Origin: a virus | DNA length: 64,000 nucleotides | Direction: 5' to 3' (one strand) | IMG/VR virus record: IMGVR_UViG_3300022939_001737 | Coordinates: 22,001-86,000 of that record | Shown here: positions 19,203 through 29,500 of the stretch, in pieces | Layout: every line of letters starts with the position of its first letter | How positions within the stretch are numbered: the first letter of the stretch is position 1 | Position numbers and translations under genes: made by a program | The notes under the pieces: generated by a model | Database searches by the model: none | The model's input: only the letters and a program-made list of their open reading frames with translations | Told to the model about the DNA's origin: nothing

Positions 19203-19685
19203 ATTTTCAATCAGTTGGTATGTATTAAACATAAGTTCGTTTATTGTGCCATTATTATCAATTGTAAAATCAGACATCCATTGTTCTAAACTCATACTAT
19301 CTTTAGGTTCTGGAGGCAAATGATCACTTCTATCTACCCAAATACAATAATCAAATACATTTGTATTTTTCATTGCAAAGAATTCACGCTTATTTCTCAG
19401 TCCGCAATAAATGTCGTGTTCTTTAAATATTTCTCGACCTAGACGAGCTCCGTCGCCTTTATTAAAATCACAGATAGCATCATACCATTCTGCTCTGTGA
19501 TTATGCCTGTCAGCATAGCACTCTTCTTCATTAGTATAACCATACTTGTCCTTTAACATATCATAGATAAAAAGTTTTGAGCAGAATCGACTACTGGATT
19601 CAAAACTTAGATTATAATTTTGTTGTAATATTTCACAAACGGTATCTTTGCCGTGGCGGCCGTGCCCAATTACTAGCAATTTCAT
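19164..19685 (-). CDS. Deoxynucleoside monophosphate kinase-like (gp1-like P-loop)
   Basis: IGHGRHGKDT P-loop, G.R..RE, I.V.R and D..IDNNG. Confidence 0.75.
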   Translation of the reverse strand: MKLLVIGHGRHGKDTVCEILQQNYNLSFESSSRFCSKLFIYDMLKDKYGYTNEEECYADRHNHRAEWYDAICDFNKGDGARLGREIFKEHDIYCGLRNKREFFAMKNTNVFDYCIWVDRSDHLPPEPKDSMSLEQWMSDFTIDNNGTINELMFNTYQLIENLKVGRKVSLLPT

Positions 19686-19710
19686 TCTATACCTCTACTT
19701 AATAAAATTA

Positions 19711-19739
19711 AGTATAACGTAAAATAGTAACTTTGTCAA
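19711..19739 (-). promoter_or_regulatory. Sigma70-type (early) promoter for the kinase
   Basis: TTGACA-17 nt-TATACT. Confidence 0.75.
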
Positions 19740-20494
19740 CCAATTAAGAAACCGTAACCTGTCCCGCCGGGCACAGCAAGAGATACATCAGACTCTAATT
19801 TTTCTAATTCTGCTTGTGCTTCTGCTTTTAGGGCATCACCATTAAGTGTTGAACCGCCTTGTGGCCCTGCAATAGTAGCAAACTTTGAACGTGCTTCGCC
19901 TAGCATATATTTACAACTTGCTAGTGTGTAATCTTTGATCCATTGAACAGCTAGGTAATCACTTAATAGTTCGCTGTCAGGACGATAGTTATAGCAATAA
20001 AGTAACAGTTCTTCTTCTGCTCTGGGGCGTTGTAACAAAGTTAGTTTTTTACTAGTATTGTTCCATTTAAATTCAATAAACGAACCAAACATTCTACCTA
20101 CTAGCTCTTGGTGCTGAGAAAACAGGTCATATGTAGCAAGTCCGCCCATTTTAGAGCTAGACAACAAATAAGTATTTGTATATGCCAAGTTAAATGGTTC
20201 AAACAAACTACCGCCATCGCCTCCGCCTGTTCTAGAACCTATACTTCTACGAAATAGTTTGCGTACTTCAATTACTTCATTCGGCAAAACATAATCATTT
20301 TGATCAATAACTGTAGTTAAAAACATATATGATTCTTCAACTGAATTGTCTGAACGCTGTCTAAATTTTGTCAATGCTTTTGTAAGTGCAGTTTCATAAT
20401 GTATAGGATCTAATTCAACATCAATCATCCCTCCGCCTAGGAAGGTATTAACATAATCATATACTTCTTGTTTTTGTGTTGCTAAATTTGCCAT
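19736..20494 (-). CDS. Neck protein gp13-like
   Basis: LGGG.IDVEL, W.KDY.LA..K..LGEARSKF..I.GP.GG..LNG; start at MANLAT. Confidence 0.85.
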   Translation of the reverse strand: MANLATQKQEVYDYVNTFLGGGMIDVELDPIHYETALTKALTKFRQRSDNSVEESYMFLTTVIDQNDYVLPNEVIEVRKLFRRSIGSRTGGGDGGSLFEPFNLAYTNTYLLSSSKMGGLATYDLFSQHQELVGRMFGSFIEFKWNNTSKKLTLLQRPRAEEELLLYCYNYRPDSELLSDYLAVQWIKDYTLASCKYMLGEARSKFATIAGPQGGSTLNGDALKAEAQAELEKLESDVSLAVPGGTGYGFLIG

Positions 20495-20511
20495 AGAAGT
20501 TCTCCGTATAG

Positions 20512-20532
20512 TATTTATGTTATCGATAAATA
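20512..20532. promoter_or_regulatory. Back-to-back T4-type late promoters for gp13 and gp14
   Basis: ATAAATA on the minus strand (20512-20518) and on the plus strand (20526-20532). Confidence 0.7.
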
Positions 20533-20537
20533 TGTAT

Positions 20538-21707
20538 ATGCCAAGACTATCATTATATAAACCAGAACGCGGCAATGATTATCATTTTATAGACAAGCAA
20601 GTCTATGAAATGTTTACTGTTGGCGGCACAGACATTAATATACACAAATATTTAGGTCCTGCTAACCCAGCAGACGGCGAAGCTACTGCTGATCAGCCAC
20701 AATATGATGCTGTAAAAGAAACAAATATTCAAGATTTACTTTTCTTAGAAAACAGGGACAGGAAATATGATCCTGATGTTTACTCTATGAGAGGCATATA
20801 CAATGTTCAAGACATTGACTTCGATCTTTCACAGTTTGGATTATTTCTAAGTAATGATACACTGTTTATGACAATTCATATAAACAGTTCAGTAAAAACA
20901 CTTGGTAGAAAAATTATGCCTGGTGATGTAGTTGAACTTCCGCATCTCAAAGACGAATATGCACTTAATGATTATACTATTGCATTGAAAAGATTTTATG
21001 TAGTTGAAGATGTTAATAGAGCAGCTGAAGGATTCAGCCAAACTTGGTATCCGCATTTATACAGACTAAAGTTAAAACAAATCGTAGATAGTACAGAATT
21101 CAAGGAAATTTTAGATTTACCTGCAGAAGAAGGTTCAGATAATACACTACGTGACATTCTTTCTTCATATGAAAAAGAAATGCAAATTAATAATGCTGTA
21201 GTAGCACAGGCAGAAGCAGATGCGCCCAAGAGTGGATATGATATAAATCATTACTATACAGTAGCAACAAATGATGATGGAAGTATTGACCTTAGAACAG
21301 CCGATTCAGAAGAATTAGATGCAAGCGGGTTTACAGTAAGTGCTGACGAAGTAACTAATAGACCAGAACGTGAAGGTTATTCAGGATACCTAGTAGGTAC
21401 AGGCGATGTTGCTCCAAACGGTGCACCATTTGGATTTGGTATACAATTCCCAAGGGACAACAATGAAGGAGATTACTTTTTACGTACAGACTTTTTACCA
21501 AATAGAATGTTTAGATATGATGGGTCAAGGTGGGTGAAAGTAACAGACGATATAAGAATGACACTAAGCAATACACTAGAAAGACAAACTTATAAAACAA
21601 CATTTATTAATAACACAAATGTCAACACAATAAGCGGTGAAGAAGTTGAAGAAAGACAAAGTTTGTCTAAAGCACTTAGGCCAAAGAAACCAACGGCGGA
21701 TAACTGA
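20538..21707 (+). CDS. Neck protein gp14-like
   Basis: MPRLSLY start, IQDLLFLENRDR.Y, DLSQFGLF and GDV.ELPH; divergent from gp13 and upstream of gp15. Confidence 0.7.
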   Translation: MPRLSLYKPERGNDYHFIDKQVYEMFTVGGTDINIHKYLGPANPADGEATADQPQYDAVKETNIQDLLFLENRDRKYDPDVYSMRGIYNVQDIDFDLSQFGLFLSNDTLFMTIHINSSVKTLGRKIMPGDVVELPHLKDEYALNDYTIALKRFYVVEDVNRAAEGFSQTWYPHLYRLKLKQIVDSTEFKEILDLPAEEGSDNTLRDILSSYEKEMQINNAVVAQAEADAPKSGYDINHYYTVATNDDGSIDLRTADSEELDASGFTVSADEVTNRPEREGYSGYLVGTGDVAPNGAPFGFGIQFPRDNNEGDYFLRTDFLPNRMFRYDGSRWVKVTDDIRMTLSNTLERQTYKTTFINNTNVNTISGEEVEERQSLSKALRPKKPTADN

Positions 21708-23119
21708 TGCAACACTTTTATGACGGACAAGTAAGAAGATATCTTACACAAATGATGCGCATACTTAGTAATTTTCCTATCAAAGAAGGCGATGGAAGAA
21801 CCAAAGAAGTGCCCGTTACGTATGGAGATCTAACAAGACAAGTTGCAAATATAATTCGAGAAAATTCTGAAAATAAATTGCCTAGTGCACCTCGTATCGC
21901 TGTGTATCTAACAGGCTTAGAATTAGATAAAGACAGGCTTACGGATGCAACATATACACGTAAGACAAATATTAGAGAACGAGCATACGACGAAACAAAC
22001 GAAGAATATCTAAATTATCAAGGTAAAAACTATACAGTCGAAAGGCTAATACCAACACCTTATATGATGCGTGTTAATGCAGATATATGGACAACTAATA
22101 CAGATCAAAAATTACAAATATTAGAACAAATACTCGTACTTTTTAATCCTAGTTTAGAAATGCAAACTACAGATAACTTCATAGACTGGACAAGTATTAC
22201 TGTTGTAAATCTTGAAAATGTACAATGGTCTAATCGCAGTGTTCCTGTAGGTGTTGATTCGGAAATAGATATTGCTACACTTACTTTTAGTGTGCCAATT
22301 TACATTAGTCCTCCTACCAAAGTTCGCAAAATGGGTGTTATTACTAACATTATAACTAGTATGTTTGATGAAGAAAGAGGAACAATAGAAGACGGCATTA
22401 CTGTGCCTGAATTAAATCAATACGACGATTTTGCAAATTCTGGTATTACAACAAACGAATTTGGAAGCAAATCAGAAACTGACCTTGCACAAAACACAGC
22501 AAATGTAAATTACAACAAGTACGGCGTTTATTTAGATACAGACACTGCCCAGCTTTATTCAAATGGCATAGTAGGTAACAGAGGATGGCGCGAAGTATTT
22601 GAAGCATTGCCAGGCACTTATGCAGCAGATATAAGTAGAATATATCTAACTAATCTTGATAGTGATGCAACTGTTACAGGCACTTTTACCCTTAGTCCAT
22701 TTGATGAGGGTAAAATATTAATTAACTGGGACACTGACAGTTTTCCTAGTGACACAATCATACAAGGTAGAACAAGTATAGATTATATCATAAATCCTGT
22801 GAGTTTTAATCCGAGTGCTATCAAAGTTACAGGCTTAAGGCTATTATTACTTGAAGACTTGGGAGATCCTAATGCAGTAAACGTTCCTGCAGCCTGGCAA
22901 AATACAGATGGCACAGGACTGGTTGCTAAGGCTAACGATATTATAGAATGGGACGGTTCTAAATGGAACATTGTATTTGATGCAAGTGAAACTACAGCAA
23001 TTACTTACACAACAAATTTGAATACAAGTGTACAATATAGATTCAAAAACGGAGAATGGTTTAAATCTATAGACGGTGATTATCCAGTTGGATCCTGGAG
23101 GATTGAGCTTGCAGGATAA
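21707..23119 (+). CDS. Tail terminator / sheath stabilizer gp15-like
   Basis: FYD.Q.RRY, VPV.YG, P.PY......IW and QILEQIL.LFNP. Confidence 0.8.
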   Translation: MQHFYDGQVRRYLTQMMRILSNFPIKEGDGRTKEVPVTYGDLTRQVANIIRENSENKLPSAPRIAVYLTGLELDKDRLTDATYTRKTNIRERAYDETNEEYLNYQGKNYTVERLIPTPYMMRVNADIWTTNTDQKLQILEQILVLFNPSLEMQTTDNFIDWTSITVVNLENVQWSNRSVPVGVDSEIDIATLTFSVPIYISPPTKVRKMGVITNIITSMFDEERGTIEDGITVPELNQYDDFANSGITTNEFGSKSETDLAQNTANVNYNKYGVYLDTDTAQLYSNGIVGNRGWREVFEALPGTYAADISRIYLTNLDSDATVTGTFTLSPFDEGKILINWDTDSFPSDTIIQGRTSIDYIINPVSFNPSAIKVTGLRLLLLEDLGDPNAVNVPAAWQNTDGTGLVAKANDIIEWDGSKWNIVFDASETTAITYTTNLNTSVQYRFKNGEWFKSIDGDYPVGSWRIELAG

Positions 23120-23127
23120 TTAATTAT

Positions 23128-23568
23128 ATGACTGACCATATAATTTGCAGCGGCGCACTTTTTTATACATTAAAAACCAATAGATTTTTATTCTTACATA
23201 GAGCAAACGGCAAGCGTAGTAATATGTGGGGGCTAGTTGGTGGACAAAACGAACTGTCTGAAACTCCGTTCGAAGGCTTGAAAAGAGAAATAGAAGAAGA
23301 AATTGGATTTTTGCCCGATATAAAGAAGACATTACCGTTAGAAAGTTTTATTTCATCTGATAATAAATTTTACTTTCACACTTATTTGTGTGTAATAAAG
23401 GAAGAATTTATCCCCCAACTTAATAATGAACACAACGGTTACGCCTGGTGCAGTTTTACAAAATGGCCTAAGCCTTTACATCACGGTCTACGTAATACTC
23501 TTCAAAGTAAAGTCAATCTACGTAAATTAGACACAGTATTCCAAACTATTAATTTACTTGACACATAA
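23128..23568 (+). CDS. NUDIX hydrolase
   Basis: NUDIX box GGQNELSETPFEGLKREIEEEIG. Confidence 0.9.
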   Translation: MTDHIICSGALFYTLKTNRFLFLHRANGKRSNMWGLVGGQNELSETPFEGLKREIEEEIGFLPDIKKTLPLESFISSDNKFYFHTYLCVIKEEFIPQLNNEHNGYAWCSFTKWPKPLHHGLRNTLQSKVNLRKLDTVFQTINLLDT

Positions 23569-23586
23569 CAAAAAATAAAGTATAAT
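23558..23586 (+). promoter_or_regulatory. Perfect-consensus sigma70 promoter for the heptose operon
   Basis: TTGACA-17 nt-TATAAT, 5 nt before the ATG at 23592. Confidence 0.85.
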
Positions 23587-23591
23587 AAAGT

Positions 23592-24731
23592 ATGAAAGTC
23601 CTAGTTATTGGCGATATAATCATTGACAAATATATCTACGGAAGCAGCACACGTTTGAGTCCGGAGGCTCCTGTTCCTGTGGTTACACAAGAACATATTG
23701 TAGAAACTATAGGTGGCGCAGGATTAGTTTATAAAAATTTAGAAAGTCTAGGTGTTGATGTTACACTTTACGATTATGATCAGCCTAAAAGTGTTAAGAC
23801 TCGTGTAATGTGTGATGGACATTATGTTACACGTATAGATAACGATTATGATGTAAATGGTGCTGAAATACTAAACGATATTCTTAATAAGGATTTTCAA
23901 TGGTATGATTATGTAATATTAAGTGATTATGACAAGGGAGTGTTAGACGAATCTAAACGTATTATTGAACACATTAATAAATTTGGTTGTAAGATAATTG
24001 TAGATCCAAAAACACACGCGACTCATTATGAAGGTGCTTGGTTGGTAAAACCTAATAGTTCTGAATTTGAAAGGTTAGGCTTTACAAAGTGGCTTGGTAA
24101 TATTATAACAACAAATGCATCAAATCCTGTAATAGCAGAAATTGACAAAGAATATTATACTATACCGGTAGACCCCGTAGAAGTAAGTGATGTCACAGGT
24201 GCAGGGGATTGTTTCCTAGCAGCATTTGTTTATGCGTTAACCAGAGGGTATAATCATAGAACTTGTTTAGAACTTGCTGTTAAAGGATCTACAGAAAGTG
24301 TGAAACATAGTGGTACATATATTCTAAAACAAAATGATTTGGAAGAACGTATAATTTTCACAAATGGTGTATTTGATATACTCCACAAAGGACATTTTGA
24401 ATTACTAAACGAAGCACGTAATTTAGGAAATCGTCTAATTGTAGGCATTAATTCAGATGCTAGTGTAAAACGACTAAAGGGCGAGACTAGACCCATTAAT
24501 AATGTGACTAAACGCATAGCACAATTAGAAATGTTACCGTGGGTAGATGAAGTTGTTGTATTTGACGATGATACTCCATATGAATTAATTAAACAAATAA
24601 AACCGCATCTAATCGTAAAGGGCGGTGATTATAAAATAGAAGAAGTTGTAGGTAATGATTTAGCAGATGTACACATAGTTTCAACTGTTGATGGTTATTC
24701 TACAACTAGCATAATAGAGGCAGCACTATGA
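23592..24731 (+). CDS. hldE: Bifunctional heptose-7-P kinase / heptose-1-P adenylyltransferase (HldE/RfaE-like)
   Basis: RLSPEAPVPV, SDY.KG and DVTGAGD (PfkB domain), plus FTNGVFDILH.GH, NSDASV.RLKG..RP and KGGDY. Confidence 0.92.
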   Translation: MKVLVIGDIIIDKYIYGSSTRLSPEAPVPVVTQEHIVETIGGAGLVYKNLESLGVDVTLYDYDQPKSVKTRVMCDGHYVTRIDNDYDVNGAEILNDILNKDFQWYDYVILSDYDKGVLDESKRIIEHINKFGCKIIVDPKTHATHYEGAWLVKPNSSEFERLGFTKWLGNIITTNASNPVIAEIDKEYYTIPVDPVEVSDVTGAGDCFLAAFVYALTRGYNHRTCLELAVKGSTESVKHSGTYILKQNDLEERIIFTNGVFDILHKGHFELLNEARNLGNRLIVGINSDASVKRLKGETRPINNVTKRIAQLEMLPWVDEVVVFDDDTPYELIKQIKPHLIVKGGDYKIEEVVGNDLADVHIVSTVDGYSTTSIIEAAL

Positions 24732-25558
24732 AAATATTAGTAACAGGAGATAAAGGGTTTATAGGTGCAAACGTTGCACAATATTTACACGCACAAGGAC
24801 ACGAAGTAGAAGGATGGGATTATGTACCTAATGCTATTCCGGATCCACAAGGCTATGACTGGGTAATACACTTAGGTGCAAATAGTTCTACAACAGAAAC
24901 AGATGTTGAGCTTATATTAGAACAAAATTTAGAAATGAGCACTAGACTTGTACAAGCCTGTGGTCATTTTGGTGTAAATTTACAATATGCATCTAGCGCA
25001 AGTGTTTATGGAGATTGGCGTCCTACACATTTTAAGGAAGACGGTCCGTTACTACCTAAATCGCCATATGCTTGGAGCAAGTATCTGTTTGATAGATTTG
25101 TAAATCAATACAAAGATGAATTTGATATTACAATACAAGGCTTTAGATATTTTAATGTTTATGGGCAATTCAATGAAGAACAAAAAGGAAATATGGCAAG
25201 TCCGTTTACTAAGTTTACAAAACAAGCAAAAGAAAAAGGTTATATTGAATTGTTTAAAGGTTCAGAAAACTATTTAAGAGATTTTGTCTGTGTTGAAGAT
25301 GTTTGTCGTGTACACGAAAAAATGTTTAGTATCAATGAGTCTGGTATTTGGAATGTAGGCACAGGTCGTGCAGTAAGTTTTGATACTGTTGCAAATTGTA
25401 TTTCAAAAAAATACGGAGCAAAAATTAATTATATCGAAATGCCGGAAAATTTAAAAGGTCAATACCAAGAATTTACTTGTGCAGATTTAACAAAGCTAAA
25501 CAATACTATAGATATGGAATGGACAAACATAGAGGATTACATAAATGCAGCGACTTGA
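24728..25558 (+). CDS. hldD: ADP-L-glycero-D-manno-heptose 6-epimerase-like (HldD/RfaD)
   Basis: TG..GFIG, H.GA.SSTTE, YASSASVYG, Y..SK..FD, RYFNVYG, RDFV.V.D and YQ.FT.AD. Confidence 0.88.
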   Translation: MKILVTGDKGFIGANVAQYLHAQGHEVEGWDYVPNAIPDPQGYDWVIHLGANSSTTETDVELILEQNLEMSTRLVQACGHFGVNLQYASSASVYGDWRPTHFKEDGPLLPKSPYAWSKYLFDRFVNQYKDEFDITIQGFRYFNVYGQFNEEQKGNMASPFTKFTKQAKEKGYIELFKGSENYLRDFVCVEDVCRVHEKMFSINESGIWNVGTGRAVSFDTVANCISKKYGAKINYIEMPENLKGQYQEFTCADLTKLNNTIDMEWTNIEDYINAAT

Positions 25559-25946
25559 AGGATTTGTAAAAAAGGGTTGGGGTTACGAATTAATTTGGGC
25601 TACTAACGACAAATACTGTGGCAAAATTATGGTTTTTGAAAGAGCAGGTAATATGTTTAGTATGCATTTTCATAGAGAAAAAGACGAAAGTTGGTTTGTT
25701 AATTCTGGCAAATTTAAAGTTCGATGGATTGATACTACTAATGCAAGACTTCACGAAAAAGATTTAGCTGAAGGAGATACCTGGCACAATCCACCACTAC
25801 AACCGCATCAATTAATTGCACTTGTTGACGGTAGCAGTATTACTGAAGTAAGTACAGCCGATAGTGTAGAAGACAACTATAGAGTTGGACCTGGTGATAG
25901 TCAAAGAGCACAAGAAGCTCTAGAAAAAGAAGATACTAATGGTTGA
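25545..25946 (+). CDS. Cupin, sugar-phosphate isomerase-like
   Basis: KGWG.E.IW, SMHFH..K.E.W, H..P...HQ and EVST cupin motifs. Confidence 0.7.
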   Translation: MQRLEGFVKKGWGYELIWATNDKYCGKIMVFERAGNMFSMHFHREKDESWFVNSGKFKVRWIDTTNARLHEKDLAEGDTWHNPPLQPHQLIALVDGSSITEVSTADSVEDNYRVGPGDSQRAQEALEKEDTNG

Positions 25947-26553
25947 TATTTATTGGGGAGACGAATCACAACAACCAGGATATATTGCACCTAAGTGTGT
26001 AGTTGGTTTAGATAGAGACGGTGTAATTAATGTTGATATAGGAGACTATGTCTATAAAGTAGAAGATTGGCAGTTCGAAGAAGGAAGCTTAGAAGCTATA
26101 GTAAAATTACGTAAACTAGGACATAAAATAGCAATTATTACAAATCAGGGCGGCATAGCAAAAGGATTGTATACACAACAGGATGTAGATACTCTACACA
26201 ATCATATGTTTGAAGAATTAGGCAAAGCCGGTTGTCATAGCATAGACGGATTGTATTACAGTGAAAGCAGCCACAAAACAGATATGTATGCTAAGCCTAA
26301 CATAGGAATGTTTAGGCGGTGCGAAAAAGAAGTGCCGCACGTTAAATTTTCTAAAGGGTTTTATGTAGGAGATAGGATTAGAGATCTTAAAGCTGCTATG
26401 AAAATAGGTGCAAGACCTATACTAGTTAGAACAGGTCACGGAAAAGAAACTGAAGAACTAATCAACAAAAGATTTACATATCAAAAGATAAAAAAGGCAA
26501 CCAGAGTATTTGATAATTTAGCTGCCTTTGTTGATTATTTAGAAACTGTTTAA
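25939..26553 (+). CDS. gmhB: Heptose-1,7-bisphosphate phosphatase-like HAD (GmhB)
   Basis: LDRDGVIN, ITNQ.GI, KP..GM, VGD...D..AA and LVRTG.G. Confidence 0.88.
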   Translation: MVDIYWGDESQQPGYIAPKCVVGLDRDGVINVDIGDYVYKVEDWQFEEGSLEAIVKLRKLGHKIAIITNQGGIAKGLYTQQDVDTLHNHMFEELGKAGCHSIDGLYYSESSHKTDMYAKPNIGMFRRCEKEVPHVKFSKGFYVGDRIRDLKAAMKIGARPILVRTGHGKETEELINKRFTYQKIKKATRVFDNLAAFVDYLETV

Positions 26554-29500
26554 GCCTGAGCTTCGCCCCATTTAAGAATTAAGTTACCAGTTGTATCTGC
26601 ACCACTAACTTTATAGACGTTTAGAGCTAGTACGTCAGGACCGTTAGGATAAGTACCTCTACCACCTAGTGGAGTATTTGTTAGTTCTTTAAGTTCACTA
26701 AAATCAACAGTTGCACGTTCGCCTGGCTGTGCAATGAAAGAGAAAATTGTTTCTCCTGGCTGTGCATAAGGAGGTTCTAACTGTGTAAACTGGATTGTGC
26801 CGCTACCTGCATTTAATGTTCCTGTGAAAGAGTTATTAAATGTAATTCGATAAAATTCTGTGCCGCCGTGGTTCAACAATGATATATTAGATATAAAGGT
26901 GTTTGCAGGGAAAGTAACAGATCCACCTGTCACTGATGTACCTTGTGTTGCTCCAGAGGCATCAAAACTTGCTTTAGTTATATAAGCAAAGTTTCTGTTA
27001 GTTAAATTACCTCCAAATGTGAAAGTAACTGTGTCTCCGGAGTAGAAATAGTTCACATCATTATTAGTATCAATTTCCCAATTTCCGTTATTTCTTTGTC
27101 GGACTCTTTCTACAGTTGCAGCAGGAATAGTTCCTCCGTCACCGTTTGTACCACCTGTAACAGATCCTATTAGTATAGGACCATTAGTAGAATAACTAGC
27201 GCCTTGAAGTCTAAAATTATCGTCGGTATTGGTCTGGCTAGCTAGTATCCCAGTTGTAATTGCACTTTGAGCCGTGACTGTTGTTACTACAGCTGAAGCA
27301 CCCGTTGACCAATTAACAGACGCACCTGCAGCAATCTGTGCAAAACTTGGTTGACCACCTTGTGCTTCTGTACTCAATGTCTGCCACAAGATATCCGCAG
27401 GGTTTGTAGGATAGTTTTTAGGATTAAGTACCCCTTCAACAACAATACCACCTTCAATAGGTGTTCCGCTCGATTGTCCTTCTGACGTAACTTCTAGTTC
27501 TTGCAACAATAACTGCGCACGATTTAAAAGTTCTCGTTCTCCTAAATCTCCAACAAGTGCGTTTGAAACACTCGGTGACAATCTAATTAAAAATGCTGTT
27601 TGTTTTGATGTTGACATTTCTAACGCTGTTTCTGTATAAGAGAAAATGTAACCGCGGTCTTCATCAAAACCACCATCTGTTAAGAACGCAGAACCCCAGT
27701 GTGATATAAGTGGAGTAATAGTTTGTGATATTAATACAACACCAGTTCTTGCATCGTGATTTGCAGCAAGTCCTGCTGTGTATTGTCTATTTGCGCCAGC
27801 CTGAAAGTTTTCAAATGTTGCACCTCTAATTAATCCTGTTAATTGGTTAAGTGTGTCATTTTTTCCAGTAAAGTCAATAATCTCATTATCTATATAGACT
27901 GTTCCATATTCGGGGAAAAAGCTTGTATCTTCTAATGTCATTACTGTATCAGTGTCATTCAAAGCAGCAGCAAGTTTGCCTGAAGGCCCTTCATTGGTAA
28001 CCTCATATCGTACAGGCAAGTTACCTGAACGCATAAATGCTTCTGTGTTTACGTTTGAGTTACGCATTCTATGACAGAATACAAAGTTACCATCTGAACC
28101 ACGTAGCATAAAGTCAATGAAACCGGCACCATACCAGCTGTACTGAATACCAATCATCTGCATCTTAGCAATATCAATATCGTATCCGCTTGGACCGGTA
28201 CCGTCTAGTCTATCTAAATTAAACTCGCTCTGTTTAACTTTTTTATCAACTACTAAGTTAATCTTTGCACCTGTAATATCAACTACTCCTCTAAAGTCAG
28301 GAGTAACTGTACATTCTGTTTGATCGTTAACGTGTGTAACAACGTGTGTCATACCTTTAATAATAATTCTATCTCCGGCCTTGAGTTGATCTACAAATCT
28401 TGTGTTTGTGCCTGTAATTAGATTGCTGTCAACACCTATTGCCACTGTTCCTGCTAACTGTCTGGTACCTGTGCGTTGTACAACAGATATTTGTGTACCA
28501 TCAAATTCCCAGAAAATGCCATTTTGGTCATCAAATATACCAGAGCGTACTGTAGCGCCGTGCCAGCTAACAACACTCATTTGCGATCCAAAACCTAGCA
28601 CTGCTTCAGTTGCACCTAATCTGCGTTGAGCTCTGATTGTAAAAGTTCTTTCGTCTAATACATCAACAACTTCATAGTCAAATGTTGGCGGTACTGCTGT
28701 TTCAGGACCACTGTTGTATCCTGGTGTTTCAACACCTAGCAGGCGCACTATTCCTCCTGATTGTACACCGTGATCATTATCATCTGTTACGACAGTGATT
28801 AATGAACCAACTTCAACTCCGTCGGCTGTTAAACTGCGTAAATCGTAACTTGGAGCAAATAGCGCACCAGTTGTATACATAATACCTTTACCTGACTGGT
28901 AACGAATATACTTTTTACTTTGACGTATTGCTTGCGCACCGTGTTGCGGGCCGCCCGTACCTAACTGTACACCGCCATCATACGGTCTGTGAATAAAGAA
29001 ACTGTCAGGGCGCGGATATACTATTCCAAGTATTGGATCGGCATTATTTGTGCCTGTATCAATAAATCCTTCAGCCCTTGCTTGATATCGTAGACTATTC
29101 ACAGTTGGCACATCAGTAACAAAGAATGATCCAGCAGCAAGATCGTGATTATTATTGCCGTCGTCGGAACCGACAGACACAATAAAGGTGCCGCCTGGAA
29201 CAAGTCCGTGAGCACTAGTAAATTCTATTTCTAATGTTGCTAATGATCCAAAGTCAATATCTGTTAGCCTAGGCATATCAGCTGTAGTCGCTTCTGACAT
29301 TTGTACTGTAGAAATCAAATCAAAATTTGTTCCTCTAGAAGCTTCAATAAAGTCAGGAGTAAACCCAGTCACTCCTCCTGTACCGTCAACCCCGGATACT
29401 CTTATAGTTAAATCATTTAGTGGTGATATGCCTCCTAATGTATTACCCGAAATAATAATTCTATCTCCGATTTTGTAATCTTGGCCGGTGTTCGTTGTAA

